DNA from: Gammaproteobacteria bacterium
Lineage (GTDB): Bacteria; Pseudomonadota; Gammaproteobacteria; UBA4575
Direction: 5' to 3'
Assembly: GCA_965222615.1 (NCBI GenBank)
Contig: CBDCUI010000009.1
Location: 544,001-608,000, forward strand
DNA: 64,000 nucleotides
A program made the translations under genes and the position numbers. Under the pieces are notes generated by a model. That model was not told the DNA's origin. It made no database searches and saw only the letters and a list, made by a program, of their open reading frames with translations. Positions 61,116 through 64,000 of the stretch are shown here, piece by piece (positions within the stretch are counted from its first letter, which is position 1; every line of letters begins with the position of its first letter).

Positions 61116-62533
61116 ATCACATATACCTTTGGATCCTGCAACTTTTCTATACTATGTCGCCAAATTTCTACATCGGTTGCATCAGGTAACTCATTATTTG
61201 CAGAGATAGGCTGAATAGAGATTGAAACTTCGCTACCGAATTTTGTCCGCAATATTTGAATAAAGTCATGAAATTCCAATAAAGGCGGCTCCCATGCCTT
61301 GGTAATAATATGGATTTTCCCGGTTTCATTAACATCAATTTGTCTTATTACCTCACTATCAATTTGTAAATCACCATCGCCACTCACTTCGATAATATTT
61401 TTATGCTGTAAGTCTTTATTACTTGACCTTGCACTATTCCATAAAATAATGGCATCAGCAGATTGAAAATCGAAGGTAGAAGCACTTGTAGTAGTTTGCC
61501 TTTCCGCACTAACAATGGGTGCTTGCTCCTGACCTGACCCGATAGGCGCATCAAATCGATCCAATAAAGCTGTTACCTCTGAGTGTTGCATCAACATTTC
61601 TTGTATCGCCTTTTTATAATTAAAATTGGCAACCCATGTGGCGAGAACTCTAAAACCGATGCCATAAACTAATAAACACATGGCGATGAACTTCCACCAA
61701 CCTGTCAAAGTTTGCGCAGATAACTCACTTGTTCCATTAGCCAATCTAAAATAGCGTGACTGCTCTATTAAAGAAGTTGAAGGCACAGCTTCAGGAAACC
61801 ATGTTACCCATGGCCACGCCAATGCTTGCACCCAAGGAGATAAAGTTGAGGCTTCAATATCTAAAGTAGTACTCCAACCAAATGCCAAATCGCTAAAACT
61901 CACTCTTGCCAGCAAGGTCAACAATGCAGCAATAGCCAGTGCCATGCCAAATTGTTGCGAATACAATAATAGCCTCCAGCGTAGTAATTTATCTTTAGCT
62001 GCATCACTACGACTAGATGAGAAAAACGCTTCTAAGACAGGACTTTTTTTCTTTAAAAAAGAAAACACCATACTGCCGGCATTAAGGCCACTCACAACGC
62101 TGTTACTATTTAGCAATGGCAAAATTAAAGAAACAAAAAACAGTAATAATGGCAGCAGCACTAGAAAGATTAGTAACACTAAAACATTAATAGGTTGGCT
62201 ACCGTCGTAATATAAAAGCGCGCTTGCTAATGCTAGACCCGTAAAAAATCCGATTAAGATTACGATCCAACTCACACGCTTAAAGAAAGATGCCAGCTCT
62301 TGACCAGAACTTTGAGCGTCCGTTTTTGGCTGAATCTGCCTCCACCAATGCAACACGCGTTGGTAGGGTTGCTGGAATAAAATTCCGGATTGACTGGCTA
62401 TTTGCTGATCCCGCTGTACACGCGTTTGCCAAGCGTTGCTGCGGTCTTGCTCCAACCAGACGGGAATATCTATGGCATTAGAAAGTAATGTTTTACGCTC
62501 TACCATATCCCTATTCTTCTTTATGTGCTCCAA
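61112..62533 (-). CDS. DUF2868 domain membrane protein
   Basis: PINV, DLAFGWSTTL, WW.F...CLLVYG..R, WEPP; stop overlaps the start of the DUF3482 GTPase. Confidence 0.8.
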   Translation of the reverse strand: MEHIKKNRDMVERKTLLSNAIDIPVWLEQDRSNAWQTRVQRDQQIASQSGILFQQPYQRVLHWWRQIQPKTDAQSSGQELASFFKRVSWIVILIGFFTGLALASALLYYDGSQPINVLVLLIFLVLLPLLLFFVSLILPLLNSNSVVSGLNAGSMVFSFLKKKSPVLEAFFSSSRSDAAKDKLLRWRLLLYSQQFGMALAIAALLTLLARVSFSDLAFGWSTTLDIEASTLSPWVQALAWPWVTWFPEAVPSTSLIEQSRYFRLANGTSELSAQTLTGWWKFIAMCLLVYGIGFRVLATWVANFNYKKAIQEMLMQHSEVTALLDRFDAPIGSGQEQAPIVSAERQTTTSASTFDFQSADAIILWNSARSSNKDLQHKNIIEVSGDGDLQIDSEVIRQIDVNETGKIHIITKAWEPPLLEFHDFIQILRTKFGSEVSISIQPISANNELPDATDVEIWRHSIEKLQDPKVYVI

Positions 62534-62765
62534 TTTGGCTATTACCCATCACTTTAAGTTTGTGCATTACCCCGTCCGCTCTATTGCAGCATTCTAATAG
62601 ATAAGACAGAATTCGCGCCTTTTGCAGTTTCAGAAGCAATTTTGGTGACGAATGGATAGAAATTGAGCTGTCTTGTTGCGCACAATGAAGTAGACTTGCC
62701 AGCCTTATAATATACCTTATATAAGCTCCAGAACTAACTGAATATATTATATAAAGATAACTGAT

Positions 62766-64000
62766 ATGAGTAATTTAGATACCTACAGAAATATTGGCAT
62801 TTTTGCGCACGTGGATGCAGGCAAAACAACTACCACTGAACGCATCCTCAGCCTCACTGGCAAAATTCACAAAATTGGTGAAGTACACGATGGCGAAGCC
62901 ACAACCGACTTTATGGATCAAGAACGTGAACGCGGGATTACAATTCAGTCTGCAGCGACTAGTGCAGTTTGGAATGATCACCGTCTCAACATCATCGATA
63001 CCCCTGGGCACGTAGACTTTACTATCGAGGTATACCGCTCCTTAAAAGTTCTGGATGGCGGGGTTGGAGTATTTTGTGGTTCAGGTGGAGTAGAGCCTCA
63101 GTCAGAAACCAATTGGCGCTATGCCAATGATTCCAAAGTCGCTCGCATTATTTTTGTTAATAAATTAGATCGACTCGGTGCTGATTTTTATCGTGTTGTA
63201 GGCCAAATCAAAGATGTATTAGGGGCCAAGCCCTTAGTCATGACTCTTCCAATTGGAACAGAAGATAACTTCACAGGTGTTGTGGATCTACTGACTCGCA
63301 AGGCATGGATATGGGACGGCTCAGATGATCCCATGAAGTACAAGATCGAAGATGTGCCGGCAAACATGGTCGACAAAGTCGAACAGTACCGGGAAGAGCT
63401 GGTTGAAATGGCACTCGAGCATGATGATGATGCCATGGAAAAATATTTGGATGGCGAAGAACCTGATATTGATACGCTTAAAGCCTGTATACGCAAAGGC
63501 ACTATAGCCCTAGACTTTTTCCCAACCTATTGTGGTTCGGCATTTAAGAATAAAGGCATTCAATTGGTATTAGATGCCGTCGTGGAATTCTTACCAGATC
63601 CAACTGAAGTGGATCCACAGCCTGAAGTGGATTTAGAAGGCAATGAAACAGGCAACTTTGCTGAAGTGGACCCAAACAAACCGATGCGCGCCTTGGCTTT
63701 TAAAATAATGGACGACCGTTATGGCGCTCTTACTTTTATACGTATTTATTCGGGCAAAATTGAAAAAGGCATGACTGTACTAAATACCTTCACGGGAAAA
63801 ACCGAACGCATTGGTCGAATTGTAGAAATGCATGCAGATTCACGTGAGGAACTCAATTCCGCACAGGCAGGTGATATTGTTGCTGTGCTTGGTATGAAAA
63901 ATGTGCAAACTGGCCATACCTTATGTGATCAGAACTCACCCGCAACATTAGAACCCATGGTATTCCCCGATCCAGTAATCTCCATGGCGGTATCACCTAA
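62766..64000 (+). CDS. fusA: Elongation factor G, stand-alone paralog (runs off window end)
   Basis: Manual translation [28 protein letters not shown]..., [34 protein letters not shown]; no rpsL/rpsG upstream. Confidence 0.95.
   Translation, partial: MSNLDTYRNIGIFAHVDAGKTTTTERILSLTGKIHKIGEVHDGEATTDFMDQERERGITIQSAATSAVWNDHRLNIIDTPGHVDFTIEVYRSLKVLDGGVGVFCGSGGVEPQSETNWRYANDSKVARIIFVNKLDRLGADFYRVVGQIKDVLGAKPLVMTLPIGTEDNFTGVVDLLTRKAWIWDGSDDPMKYKIEDVPANMVDKVEQYREELVEMALEHDDDAMEKYLDGEEPDIDTLKACIRKGTIALDFFPTYCGSAFKNKGIQLVLDAVVEFLPDPTEVDPQPEVDLEGNETGNFAEVDPNKPMRALAFKIMDDRYGALTFIRIYSGKIEKGMTVLNTFTGKTERIGRIVEMHADSREELNSAQAGDIVAVLGMKNVQTGHTLCDQNSPATLEPMVFPDPVISMAVSP

Noticed and set aside
62560-62690. 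Possible structured RNA upstream of fusA (AAGACAG...CTGTCTT)
   Set aside because: Only short, widely spaced complementarity and no recognisable RNA family.
62775-63502. ORFs 62775-63011, 62794-63015 and 63188-63502 from the track
   Set aside because: They are shadow frames of fusA; the same applies to the many short antisense ORFs overlapping long genes throughout the window.

Overview
AT-rich chromosomal window from what is most likely a marine/sediment Gammaproteobacterium (RapA, SrkA, YcbB/YcbK, Kbp and a stand-alone EF-G). From left to right it holds: the 5' end of cysS; a peptidoglycan L,D-transpeptidase/endopeptidase pair; a glucosylglycerate synthesis/phosphorolysis cluster; a NYN protein; a small sulfur-oxygenase-reductase-like protein; an RDD-SpoIIM-DUF4129-DUF4350-MoxR-DUF58 operon; thiol-redox genes with a TetR regulator; rapA; efflux and copper/chromate resistance genes; and a ~20 kb C1/organosulfur island (39.1-58.9 kb). 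The island carries a methanethiol oxidase cluster (mtoX-sco-mauG-tlpA-tlpA), an NAD-linked formate dehydrogenase, and an fwdD-fwdB-fwdA-ftr-fwdC run followed by a 7Fe-type ferredoxin and an FprA-type ferredoxin-NADP+ reductase. The top candidate for an undescribed system is this last unit. Its FwdB keeps the Fe-S and Mo/W catalytic motifs and has an FwdD partner, so it looks like a true archaeal-style formylmethanofuran dehydrogenase wired to NADP(H), not the cofactor-less Fhc of model methylotrophs. Other notable items: an orphan EGKCG-repeat (HvfA/bufferin-type) precursor with an EF-hand pair; a secreted protein with five CP12-like Cx3Px4C motifs; and two nested families of structured miniature repeats with compensatory base changes and GGA-loop hairpins. 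All calls rest on motif recognition by eye; no database searches were run.
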